From: Malacoraja senta
Taxonomy: Eukaryota
Direction of reading: 5' to 3'
Length of the DNA: 64,000 nucleotides
Assembly: GCA_038087875.1 (NCBI GenBank)
Contig: CM075996.1
Location: 7,008,001 to 7,072,000 of the forward strand
The notes under the pieces are model-generated. The model searched no databases. It saw only the letters and a program-made list of their open reading frames with translations, and was not told the DNA's origin. A program made the position numbers and the translations under genes. Numbering within the stretch: the stretch's first letter is position 1; every line of letters begins with the position of its first letter. Positions 1-10,870 of the stretch are shown in pieces.

Positions 1-772
1 CATTACAAGCGCAAAGCGAGTTATTCTTGAGTTTGCCAACTCGGCGACACATCCCATCACCAATTGTTCAACACAGACGTGCATTTACAAAGTGTCATTT
101 GAGTCGGAAAATAAACCTTTGCAATAGCATTGAATAAATGGTCAAACTGGGAGAAGAGGGAGACTGGGTGTATCAGTGAGGTCCGTGACGACTAGAAATG
201 GGCCAAATGTGGTCTCTGCTCTCTACACAACACCTCGTGAGAGAGGGGGGTGGGGAGGCGATCTGTTCTACAATCCCTGTAGGAACAACACCCCCCGCTC
301 CCCCAATCCCCGACAATGCCATTCCATCCAACAAGCCAACGGATTCCAACTTATTCAAGTTAAGACCTTCAGGAAAAACAAATGATTCCTGGTGAAACCA
401 TCTTGCACAGTGCAATGACCAGTCAGTGGAAGGACTAAGTAGTTTAGTGAGCAAGGCTGATGTGGAGGGAATAGTTAGTCTACGGGCTGCACCATAGCCC
501 CTCACTGAATGGAGTGATTCCCTGCCCCCTGTAGATGCCCAGTCTGCCCTCTTTTCCCCAGGGCTGGAATAGCGACAGTAAAGATGGAAACAGCTCGACG
601 CCCATCTGAAGGGCAAGCAAAGAGTTTCAATAGCTCGGACAAAGCATTCAGCGGTGAGCCCCCTTCTGACATCCCCTTACGCTTACTTGCTCCAGTTCCC
701 CCGCACCCAATTCCTGGAAGAAAAACCACTCTCCCCTCAAAATATTTTAAAAGACCCCCCAAAAGTGTCCGT

Positions 773-937
773 TTATTCGAAGGACCCTGAATTGTTCCAT
801 TTCACGCTCTTCAGCTGAAAATCCCCATTGATCCAAAATTCTTTCATCATATCCAAGCCACTGCGGTTTGGAAACATCAGTGTGGTTTCATCAGATATGA
901 CGATCTCAAAGTTGTCTTGGGTGAACGTAATGTGGAC
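773..937 (-). CDS. Prototype galectin, exon 4 (VHITFTQDNFEIVISDETTLMFPNRSGLDMMKEFWINGDFQLKSVKWNNSGSFE*)
   Basis: ttgctttgacag acceptor, phase 0. Carries the FPNR and GDF motifs of galectin-1/2, with TAA at 775-773. The spliced CDS is 9+80+163+165=417 nt, or 138 aa. Confidence 0.93.
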   Translation of the reverse strand, partial: VHITFTQDNFEIVISDETTLMFPNRSGLDMMKEFWINGDFQLKSVKWNNSGSFE

Positions 938-1640
938 CTGTCAAAGCAATAAACGGGAAACAAAAGGTCAGGAATTTGACAGAATTCACAAGAGCGGATG
1001 TAGATCCAACGCAAGGTAGAGTGATCTTATAGAGGTGTACGAGAACCAGTTTGAAGTGTAATGTCAAAGTTAGACTGAAGAAGGGTCTCGACCCGAAACG
1101 TTGCCTATTCCTTTTCTCCAGAGATGCTGCCTTACCCGTTGAGTTACTCCAGCTGTTTGTGTCTATCCCCAATACACCGACACATAGATACAACCAGTTC
1201 ATAGACACAAAATGCTGGAGGAACTCAGCGGGACGGGCAGCATCTCTGGAGGGAAGGAATGGGTGACGTATCAGGTCGAGACCCTTCCTCAGACTGAGAG
1301 TCAGGGGAAAGGGGAAAGGGGAATGAGAGATATAGACGGTGATGTAGAGAGATGTAGAACAAATGAATGAGAGATATGCAAAAAAGTAAGGATGATAAAG
1401 GAAACAGGTCATTGTTAGCTGTGGCTAGGTGGGAACGAAAGACATGGGTGGGTGAGGGATGGAGAGAGAGGGAATGCCGGGGTTATTTGAACTTGGATAA
1501 CTCAATATCCATACCCCTGAGCTGTATGCTGCCCAAAGCGAAATATGAGATGCTGCCCCTCCAATTTGTGTTGTCAGTGGGCTAAACGCAAATTGGAGAA
1601 ACAACATCTCCATAACTAAATCTAAGTCACACTCTCTCAC

Positions 1641-1803
1641 CTTGAAATCGGTGTTATTTTGTAGGGTGCTTTTCTCAACCTGCTCCCCCCTCCACCTGTG
1701 GTTGACCGTGTTATTCAAGATAATCCTAGTTTCATTCGCAGTAAACCGTGGGTTAAAATGCAGTCCAAGGTTCGCAAGGTCCTTTCCTAGATCAATTGAA
1801 AAT
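1641..1803 (-). CDS. Prototype galectin, exon 3, carbohydrate-recognition core (FSIDLGKDLANLGLHFNPRFTANETRIILNNTVNHRWRGEQVEKSTLQNNTDFK)
   Basis: tttgtttcag acceptor, 163 nt, AAG|gtgaga donor. Contains the galectin signature HFNPRF...N...WxxE, and its phase matches exon 2. Confidence 0.95.
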
Positions 1804-3452
1804 CTGAAACAAAGGATGAAACAAAGAAATAGACATGAGGAACTACACAGCGCCAGAGACCCGGGTTCGATCCTGACTACGGGTGCTGTCCGTATGGGGT
1901 TTTGCACGTTCTCCCCGTGACCTGCGTGGGTTTTCTCCGGGTGCTCCGGTTTCCTCCCACACTCCAAAGACGTGCGGGATTGCAGGTTAATTGGCTTTGG
2001 TAAAAATTGTAAATTGTCCCTAGTATGTGTTGGATAGTGTTAGTGTGCGGGGATTGCTGGTCGGCACGGACTCGGTGGGCCGAAGGGCCTGTTTCCACGC
2101 TGTATCTCTAAAGTCTAAAGTGCTGGATTAACTCAGCAGGTCAGGTAACATCTCAGGACGACATAAATAGACGGAATTTCAGGTCAGGACCTTTCTTCAG
2201 GATGATTGTGGTGGTGGGGGGGGGGGGGGCGGAGGGGAATGTGGAAGAGATAAAAATAGAAACAAGGAGATCTTTTTCTCTCTCAAAGAGATACTCAACA
2301 ACATTGCGATAAAGTCCTGGAAACGTACTGCACCGAAACAGGCCCTTCGGCCCAGCGAGTCCATGCTGACCATCAAGTACGTGTTAATCCTGCACTAATT
2401 CCATTTTATTCTGCAGAAACAACAAACTGCAGATGCTGGTTAAACTGTAGACACAAAGTGCTGGAGTAAAGCAGCGGGTCAGGCGGCATCTCTGTAAAAA
2501 AAATATGGGTGACGTTTCGGGTCGGGACCCTCCTTCAGACTGAAGGTTGGGGGGGGGGGGGCGGGGTTGGAGGCGAGGAAAGACCAGGACAGAGCAGGGC
2601 CAGTAACACATTACCTTATGTGTTGGAAGGAACTGCAGGTGCTGGTTTAATCCGCAGATGGACACAAAAAGGCTGGAGTAACTCAGCGGGACAGTCAGCA
2701 TCTCTGGAGAGAAATGTCACCCCTGCCTACTATCCAGAGATGTCGCCTGCCCCGCTGAGTTACTCCAGCACATAGTGTCTAACACATTATCTCAGGCAGC
2801 ATGGCCCATTGTTGGCCAGGGAAGGTGTCTCCTCAAGAGGGCAACAATGTGGTGAACTGTGATTCAGAAGTTGTAGGAGCAGAATTAGGCCATTCGGCCC
2901 ATCAAGTCTACTCCGCCATTCAATCATGGCTAATCTATCTCTCCCTCCTAACCCCATTCTCCTGCCTTCTCCCCGTATCCCCTGACACCCGTAATAATCA
3001 AGAATCTCTATCTAGTTCCGCCGTAAAAATATCCATTGACTTGGCCTCCTCACCCTTCTGTGGCAAGGAATTCCACAGATTCACCACCCTCTGACTGAAG
3101 AAATTCCTCCTCGTCTACTTCCTAAAGGAACGTCCTTTCATTCTGAGGCTGTGCCCTCTGGTCATAGACTCTCCCACTAGTGGAAACATCCTCTAGTGGC
3201 CATATGGTGGCCCCATTCTCCTGCCTTCTCCCCATAACTCTTGGCACCCGTACTAATCAAGAAACTGTCGATATCAGCCGTAAAAATATCCAATGAATTC
3301 ACAGCCGTCTGTGGCAATGAATTCCATAGATTCACCACCCTTTGACTAAAGAAATGTCTCCTCATTTCCTTTCTAAAGGAACATCCTTTTATTCTGAGGC
3401 TGTGACCTCTGGTCCCAGACTCTCCCACTAGTGGAAACATCCTCTCCACATC

Positions 3453-4045
3453 CAAGTCAAGTCAAGTCAAGTCACATTTATTTATATAGCACATTTAAAA
3501 AACAACTCTCGTTGGCCAAAGTGCTTTACATTTGTTATAAGAATAGTATAAACAAACAAACTACATACATATATACATATAGCCCTCACTCAGAGGACGT
3601 CAAGAAAGGCTTGGGAGTATAGATACGTTTTTAGTCTTGACTTAAAGGAGTCGATGGAGGGGGCAGTTCTGATGGGAAGGGGGATGCTGTTCCACAGTCT
3701 AGGGGCTGCAACCGCAAAGGCGCGGTCGCCCCTGAGCTTATGCCTAGACCACGGGATATTCAGCAACCCCAAGTCGGCCGATCTGAGGGACCTGGAGGTG
3801 GAGTGGTGGGTGAGAAGACTTTTAATGTAGGTGGGGGCAAGCCCATTGAGGGCTTTCTAGACATGGAGGAGGATCTTGAAGTTTATACGGAACCGCACAG
3901 GGAGCCAGTGGAGAGAGGCCAGGATCGGGGTGATGTGGTCCCTTTTTCGGGTGCCCGTCAGGAGTCTCGCTGCGGCGTTTTGGACCAGTTGCAGGCGGGA
4001 CAGGGAAGATTGGCTGATGCCAGTGTAAAGGGAGTTGCAGTAATC
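3453..4045 (-). mobile_element. L2 LINE 3' fragment (same family as 30224-31657), galectin intron 2
   Basis: Nearly identical to 30224-30815; (ACTTG)n tail. Confidence 0.9.
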
Positions 4046-4055
4046 TTGACTTGAC

Positions 4056-5447
4056 TTTGCTATGACACTCAAAATTGAGCTTAGGTTCATCCTGTTTCCA
4101 TTGATTATCCTTAAGATGTTTCGACAACTTGATTGGAGTCCACCAGTGGTCAATTAAATTGATTGGACATGATTTGGAAAGGCACACACCTGTCTATATA
4201 AGGTCCCACAGTTGACAGTGCATGTCAGAGCAAAAACCAAGCCATGAAGACGAAGGAATTGTCCGTAGACCTCCGAGACAGGATTGTGTCAAGACACAGA
4301 TCTGGGGAAGGGTATAAAACAATTTCTGCAGCATTGCAGGTCCCGAAGAGCACAGTGGCCTCTGTCATTCTTAAATGGAAGAACTTTGGAACCACCAGGA
4401 CTCTTCCTAGAGCTGGCCGCCCGGCCAAACTGAGCAATCGGGAGAGAAGGGCCTTGGTCAGGGAGGTGACCAAGAACCCAATGGTCACTCAGCTCCAGAG
4501 TTCCTCGGTGGAGATGGGAGAACCTTCCAGAAGGAGAACTATATCTGAGCACTCCACCAATCAGGCCTTTATGGTAGAGTGGCCAGACGGAAGCCACTCC
4601 TCAGTAAAATGCACATGACAGCCCGCTTGGAGTTTGCCAAAAGGCACCTAAAGGACTCTCAGACCATGAGAAACAAGATTCTCTGGTCTGATGAAACCAA
4701 GATTGAACACTTAGGCCTGAATGCCAAGCGTTACATCTGGAGAAAACCAGGCACCTACGGTGAGGCATGGTGGTGGCAGCATCATACTGTGAGGATGTGT
4801 TTCAGCGGCAGGAACTGGGAGACTAGTCATGATCGAGGGAAAGATGAACGGAGCAAAGTACAGAGATCCTTGATGAAAACCTGCTACAGAGCGTTCTGGA
4901 CCACAGACTGGGGCGGAGGTTCACCTTCCAACAGGACAACGACCCTAAGCACACAGCCAAGACAACGCAGGAGTGGCTTCGTGACAAGTATGCGAATGCC
5001 CTTGAGTGGCCCAGCCAGAGCCCGGACTTGAACCCGATCGAACATCTCTGGAGGGACTTGAAAATAGCTGTGCATCGACGCCCCCCATCCAACCTGACAG
5101 AGCTTGAGAGGATCTACAGAGAAGAATGGGAGAAATTACCCAAATACAGGTGTGCCAAGCTTGTGGAGTCATACCTGAGAAGACTTGAGGCTGTAATCGC
5201 TGCCAAAGGTGCCTCAACAAAGTACTGAGTAAAAGGTCTGAATACTTATGTAAATGTGATATTTCAGTTATTTATTTTTAATTACTTTGCAATAATTTCT
5301 AAACACTTGTTTTCGCTTTTTTATTATGGGGTATTGTGTGTAGATTGATGATTAAAAAAAAAAGAAATGTATCCATTTTGGAATAAGGCTGTAACGTAAC
5401 AAAATGTGGAAAAAGTGAAGGGGTCTGAATACTTTCTGAATGCACTG
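4056..5447 (+). mobile_element. Tc1 DNA transposon (DD34E, IR/DR type), left end missing, frameshifted; galectin intron 2
   Basis: Transposase starts at 4244 (MKTKELSVDLRDRIV..., GRPAKL) and has WSDETK, QQDNDPKH and SPDLNPIE with 34 aa between D and E; stop at 5228. The right TIR has an inner/outer direct repeat GGTCTGAATACTT (~5234, ~5422) and ends ...GCACTG. Confidence 0.93.
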
Positions 5448-5566
5448 TGTTGTCACACACATGCGCGCACACACACACATACGCATGCACACACACACAC
5501 ACATGTGTGAGTCAGAGTGTGTGTAAACAGAGGGTAATAAGCAGGAGAACACCAATCATCGCTTAC

Positions 5567-5646
5567 CTGCTTGCTGAAAATATAATTCTTCCTTGAATTT
5601 CGACAGAGTCACCATGCTTCATTTGCAAACCCGTCATATGCAAGAG
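5567..5646 (-). CDS. Prototype galectin, exon 2 (LLHMTGLQMKHGDSVEIQGRIIFSAS-R)
   Basis: cttgccccctcag acceptor, 80-nt exon, AG|gtaag donor (phase 2). The translation resembles the galectin-1/2 N-terminal strands (xLxxGxxxxxxGxI). Confidence 0.9.
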
Positions 5647-7954
5647 CTGAGGGGGCAAGAAAAAGCTTCCTGAGTCGACAGTATTAGAAGTCGGTGCAAT
5701 GGCGCAGCTGGTAGAGCCACTGCCTCACAGCACCTGAGATCCCAGGTTCGATCCCGACCCCGGGTGATGTCTGCAAGGAGTTTGCACGTTCTCCCTGCGC
5801 CCACGTGGGTTTGCTCCGGACACTCCGGTTTCCTCCCACATCCCAAAGACCACGCGGATTTGTAGCTTATGTGGCCTTCTGTAAATTGGCCCTAGTGTGC
5901 AGGGAGTGGGTGACAAAGTGGGGGGGACGTAGAACCAGTCCGAACGGGTGATCGAAGGTCGGTGCAGACTCGGTGGGCCGAAGGGCCTGTTTCCATGTTG
6001 TATCTCTAAACTAAACTGAACATTAAAGAATGTGGGAAGGAACTGCAGATGCTGGTTTACACCGAACATAGACACAAAATGCTGGAGTTACTCAGCGGGT
6101 CAGGCAGTAGAAAAGGGATGGGAACAGCACCTCCCATTGAGTCGGCACCGACCAGCAGCCACCCGTTGACGCTAGTTCCATGTTATCTCACCTTGTCACC
6201 CACTCCACATATTAAAGAATCTACACAAAGCCCTGTGTAAACCAACATTCTGATGTGAGTGGAGTGAATTGCCACAGGTTCAAATCCCATCCCCGCCCCC
6301 TCTCACTCCACCATCACCAGCTGTGTAGCATCAACATCAATGTACTCAACTTATACACATGATCTTTAGCAGATCTAATGCAACATGGCCAATAATTGTC
6401 CACATTACAATAACCTGCTTCCTTTCTCATCGTTACTTTTGTGAATCTTACATTCATTTGTTCTATATCTCACTCCATCACCATCTCCCCTGACTCTCAG
6501 TCTGAAGATGGGTTTCGATCCGAAACATCACCCATTCCTTCTCTCCAGACATGCGCTCCAGAAATGATGTATTCAAGAAAGAGTTGGATATAGCTCTTAG
6601 GGCTAAAGGAATCAAGGGATTATGGGGAGAAAGCAGGAACGGGGTACTGATTCTGGATGATCAGCCATGATCATATTGAATGGCGGTGCTGGCTCGAAGG
6701 GCCGAATGGCCTACTCCTGCACCTGTCCCGCTGAGTTCCTCCAGCATTTTGTGTCTATGAACTGGTTGTATCTGTGTATGGTGTATTGGAGATAGACACA
6801 AAATGCTGGATTATCTCAGCAGGTCAGGCAGCATCTCTGGAGAAAAGGAACAGGTGAATTTTCGGGTCAAGACCCTTCTTCAGGATTTTGTGTCTATCTT
6901 TGACATTACACTTCAAACTGGTTCTCGTACACCTCTATAAGATCACTCCTTAACCTCCTACGCTCCATGGAATAAAGTCCTAGCCTCAACCTCTCCCTAC
7001 AGCTCAGGCCCACGGGTCCTGGCAACAGACGCGTTTCTGCACCCTTTCCAGATTGACGACATCTGACATCCCAACTTTATCAGCGTTACCTTTTTGCATA
7101 TCTTTCATTCATTTGTTTCATATCTCTCTGTATCACCGTCCATATCTCTGGTATCCCTTCCAACCCCCCCCCCCGACTCTCAGTCTGAAGAAGTCTCGAC
7201 CCCAAACTTCACCTGTTCCTTCTCTCCAGAGATGCTGTCCGACCCCTTGAGTTAGTCCAGCTATTTGTGTCTATCTTCTATACCCACGAGGCTCTTTAAT
7301 AGAGACTGCTTTCACTGATGGAGGCACTCGAGGTAAAACATCAGCTGCGAGTTAAAACCGTAGATAGGTCGAGTCTGGACCTGATACGATACGATGGAAC
7401 TTTATTTATTCCAGGAGGGAAATCGATCGGCCAACAGTCATAAAAGCACAAAATACATAAAACATGAAATTAAAGTGACGAGTGGAAAGGATTGGGGTTG
7501 TGCAAAGATTGGGGAGGGAGGGAGGGAGGGAGGGATGGGGGGAGTCAGTCTCAGTCTACCCCAGGGGGAGGAGTTGTACAGTTTGATAGCCACAGGGAAG
7601 AAAGGTCTGTGGCGTTCTGTGCTGCATCTTGGAAGGTCACCTATTCCTTTCAAGAGATCCACTGAGTTACTCCAGCTTTTCGTGTCATTCTTCGATGTAA
7701 ACTGGCATCTACAGTTCCTTCCTACACAAAACAAAACTGGGGCTTACTAGCTGGTAGCCTCATCGTTGGCCGAATAACTCACCGCAGGTTCAGATCATAA
7801 GTAATAGGAGTAGAATACGGCCATTCGGCCCATCACGTCTACTACACCATTCAATCATGACTGATTTATCTCTCCCTCTTAACCCCTCCTGCCTTCTCCC
7901 CGTCACCTCTGGTGGTGAGGGATAGGCACCGGCTGGTGAGAGATTGGTACTCAC

Positions 7955-7963
7955 GTTTGGCAT
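7955..7963 (-). CDS. Prototype galectin (LGALS1/LGALS2-like), coding exon 1 (MPN)
   Basis: Minus strand reads aagaagg ATG CCA AAC | gtgagt: a purine at -3, a canonical donor and phase 0. A TATAAA lies about 80 nt upstream. A very short first coding exon is typical of galectin-1/2 genes. Confidence 0.8.
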
Positions 7964-8039
7964 CCTTCTTATGGCTCACGGGCACAGTCAGCTCGTTGAA
8001 ATAAAGCGAGGACAACTTGTCTGGCCTCCACAACCCTGG

Positions 8040-8134
8040 TTTATAAAGGCAATCTCACCCAGCCTGGTCGCTACTCAGGATCGGCCCCGACAGTGCTTCA
8101 CCCCTACACCTCCCCTTTGCAGCCGGCAGCCAAT
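8040..8134 (-). promoter_or_regulatory. Galectin core promoter: TATA box (8045-8040) and CCAAT element (~8130-8134)
   Basis: TTTATAAA at 8040-8047, about 80 nt upstream of the ATG in unique sequence. GCCAAT lies a further ~85 nt upstream. Confidence 0.6.
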
Positions 8135-8324
8135 GCGAGAGCGCGATAGGCACCCGTGCAGCATCCCACTGAGAGCTGGCAAGGAGACACGGGAGTGATT
8201 GAGAGATGGAGGTGAAGTTGTCAGAAAACAAACCTTGGGCGGGGAAGGTTTGTTCAGACAACGTGTCGTTACACTTTCACACTGGGAGAGTTGCTGGATT
8301 GGGAAGACTCTCTTGTTTCCCATA

Positions 8325-9060
8325 CTGGACCACTGTCCCTACTCACAGACACGCATTGGATCACTGTCCTAAATCACTGACTCTGCACTGGATCACTGAC
8401 TGACACTGGATCACTGTCCTGGCTAACTGACTCTGCACTGGATCACTGTCCTGGCTCACTGACTGACACTGGATCACTGTCCTGGCTAACTGAATGACAC
8501 TGGATCACCGTCCTGGTTCACTGACTCTCCACTGGATCACCAACTCTCCACTGGATCACCATCCTGGCTCAATGACTCTCCACTGGATCACCATCCTGGT
8601 TCACTGACTCTCCACTGGATCACTGACTCTCCACTGGATCACCGTCCTGGCTCAATGACTCTCCACTGGATCACCGTCCTGGTTCACTGACTCTCCACTG
8701 GATCACTGACTCTCGACTGGATCACCATCCTGGCTCAATGACTCTCCACTGGATCACCATCCTGGTTCACTGACTCTCCACTGGATCACCGACTCTCCAC
8801 TGGATCACCATCCTGGCTCAATGACTCTCGACTGGATCACCGTCCTGGTTCACTGACTCTCCACTGGATCACCGACTCTCCACTGGATCACTGTCCTGGC
8901 TCACTGACCCGACACTGGATCACTGTTCACACACTGACCCACTGGCCCCATTCACTGGCCCTGACTCAGACTCACACTTGTTCACTGTCCCACACCCACT
9001 GGCTCACTGTACACTCTCACTGAACCACACTGGATCACTGTCCGCACTCACTGGCCCTGA
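8325..9060. repeat. Minisatellite built from cactggatcac(c/t)-based ~19/33-bp units, just upstream of the galectin promoter
   Basis: Directly visible tandem units such as ctccactggatcaccatcctggctcaatgact. Confidence 0.9.
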
Positions 9061-10624
9061 CTCACTGGCCCACACACTCAGAATCCCGGTCCTTCAACCC
9101 TCTGAGATCACTGCTCTGATCCTGGTCCCTTGATCATATCCGTGCCTCATTCCGACACCAATGGCCGCTGTGCCTGCATCTCCCCGTCCCCACCATCCGC
9201 TCCCCGTCCTGTGGGGCTTTCCCAAGCAACTCAGGCGGCACGGTGGCGCAGCGGTAGAGTTGCTGCCTCACAGCGCCAGAGACCCGGGTTCGATCCTGAC
9301 TACAGGTGCTGTCTGTACGGAGTCTGCACGTTCTCCCTGTGACCACGTGGGTTTTCCCCGGGTGCTCCGGTTTCCTCCCACACTCCAATGACGTGCAGGT
9401 TTTTAAGGTTAATTGGCTTCCGTAAGTTGTATAAAGCTGTCCCTTTATTATAAACCAACAACAATATTGAATTATTTACAATAACATGTACAATAGTAAA
9501 TGATTCTAAACAAAACCCCACCACCATAGTACAAGTAAAATAAATATTCTGAAACAACTATTTCCCCATCCTTAATACAAATATCAACAAATTGTCCCTA
9601 GTGTGTGTGGGATAGTGCTAGTGTATATTGAACGGCGCTGTATCTCGAAAGACTAAAGTCATAATGTCGTATGGGCTAGGAGCAGATATAGGCCATTTGG
9701 CCCACAGTCTAAAGGCACTTAGCATCAAATCCTCCCTCTTCTGAGGAACTCACTTTCGCTGTATCAAAAACGGCCCACCTGTTTAGGAAGGAATTCCACA
9801 TGCGGGTTTATGCTGGTTAACATATGGTGAGCATTTGTCGGCACTGGGCCTATATTCGGTGGAGTTTATATGAGGGGGGGGGACTTCATTGAAACCTAAA
9901 GGGTCTCGACCCGAAACGTCGCCCATTCCTTCTCTCCAGAGATGCTGCCCGTCCTGCTGATTCACTGCAACATTTTGTGTTCATCTCCATGGTGTAATTA
10001 AAAGCCACTGCAGATGCTGGTTTATAATGAAAGATAGACACAGAATGGTGAAGTAATTTTAGTTTGGTTTGGTTTAGCTTATTGTCAAGTGTACCGAGGT
10101 ACAGTGAAAAGCTTTTGTTGCGTGCTAACCACTCAGTGGAAAGACAATACATGATTACAATCGAGCCGTCCACAGTGTACAGATACACGATGAAGGGAAT
10201 AACATGAATAACGTCTAGTGCAAGGTAAAGCCAGTAAAGTCCGATCAAGGATAGTCCGAGGGTCTCCAATGAGGTAGATGGTAGCTCAGGACTGTTCTCT
10301 AGTTATGGGAGGACGGTTCAGTTGCCTGATAACAGCTGGGAAGAAACTGCCCCTGAATCTGGAGGTGTGCATTTTCACACTTCTGTACCTCTTGCCCGAT
10401 GGGAGAGGGGAGAAGAGGGAGTGAGACTGGTAAGGGTCACGATAAGGGAATAATGTTTAGTGCAAGATAAAGCCAGTAAACTCAGCGGGTCAGGCAGCAT
10501 CTCCGGAGAAAATGGATAGGTGATGTTTCAGGTCGGGACCCTTCTTTGTTGAACATGAACTCAGTGCGATCTGTGGCATTAGATCAAGCTTCAATTATTA
10601 TCTCGCCCAAAACACAAACACTAA

Positions 10625-10870
10625 CGGCCTGTCGCTCCCTGTCAAAGCTCATGAACAATGTCGGGGCAGAATGGTTTGCAGACGGACTCTGGTTGAGGAC
10701 TTTGCAGAGTGAGCGTCCTGCAAAGCCTCTACAGCCCACCTCTATGGGCTCATAGTATGTCTTCCAGCCGCTGTCCTGGCACATCTCCACCAGTTCCTGG
10801 TACTTTGTGCGTTTCCTCTCGTTAGCCTCTTCAATACACTCTTCCCAGGGCATTGTCAGCTCCAGACAGA
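10625..10870 (-). mobile_element. Fragment of an RLE-endonuclease non-LTR retrotransposon (HERO/NeSL-like)
   Basis: LELTMPWEECIEEANERKRTKYQEL...PIEVGCRGF matches the ELTVPWE...K..KY..L...EVG.RG restriction-like endonuclease motif. Confidence 0.8.

Noticed and set aside
1425..1967. 180-aa ORF as a single-exon gene
   Set aside because: It is a chance read-through of SINE, intron and repeat sequence around galectin exon 3. Only 1641-1803 is coding.
8325..9060. CRISPR-like array
   Set aside because: The units are contiguous with no unique spacers, there are no cas genes, and the context is eukaryotic. It is a minisatellite; the same applies to 23443-23960 and 38495-38655.
9234..9310. tRNA genes at SINE heads
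   Set aside because: They have A and B boxes but no complete cloverleaf, and they continue into the V-domain and LINE tail.
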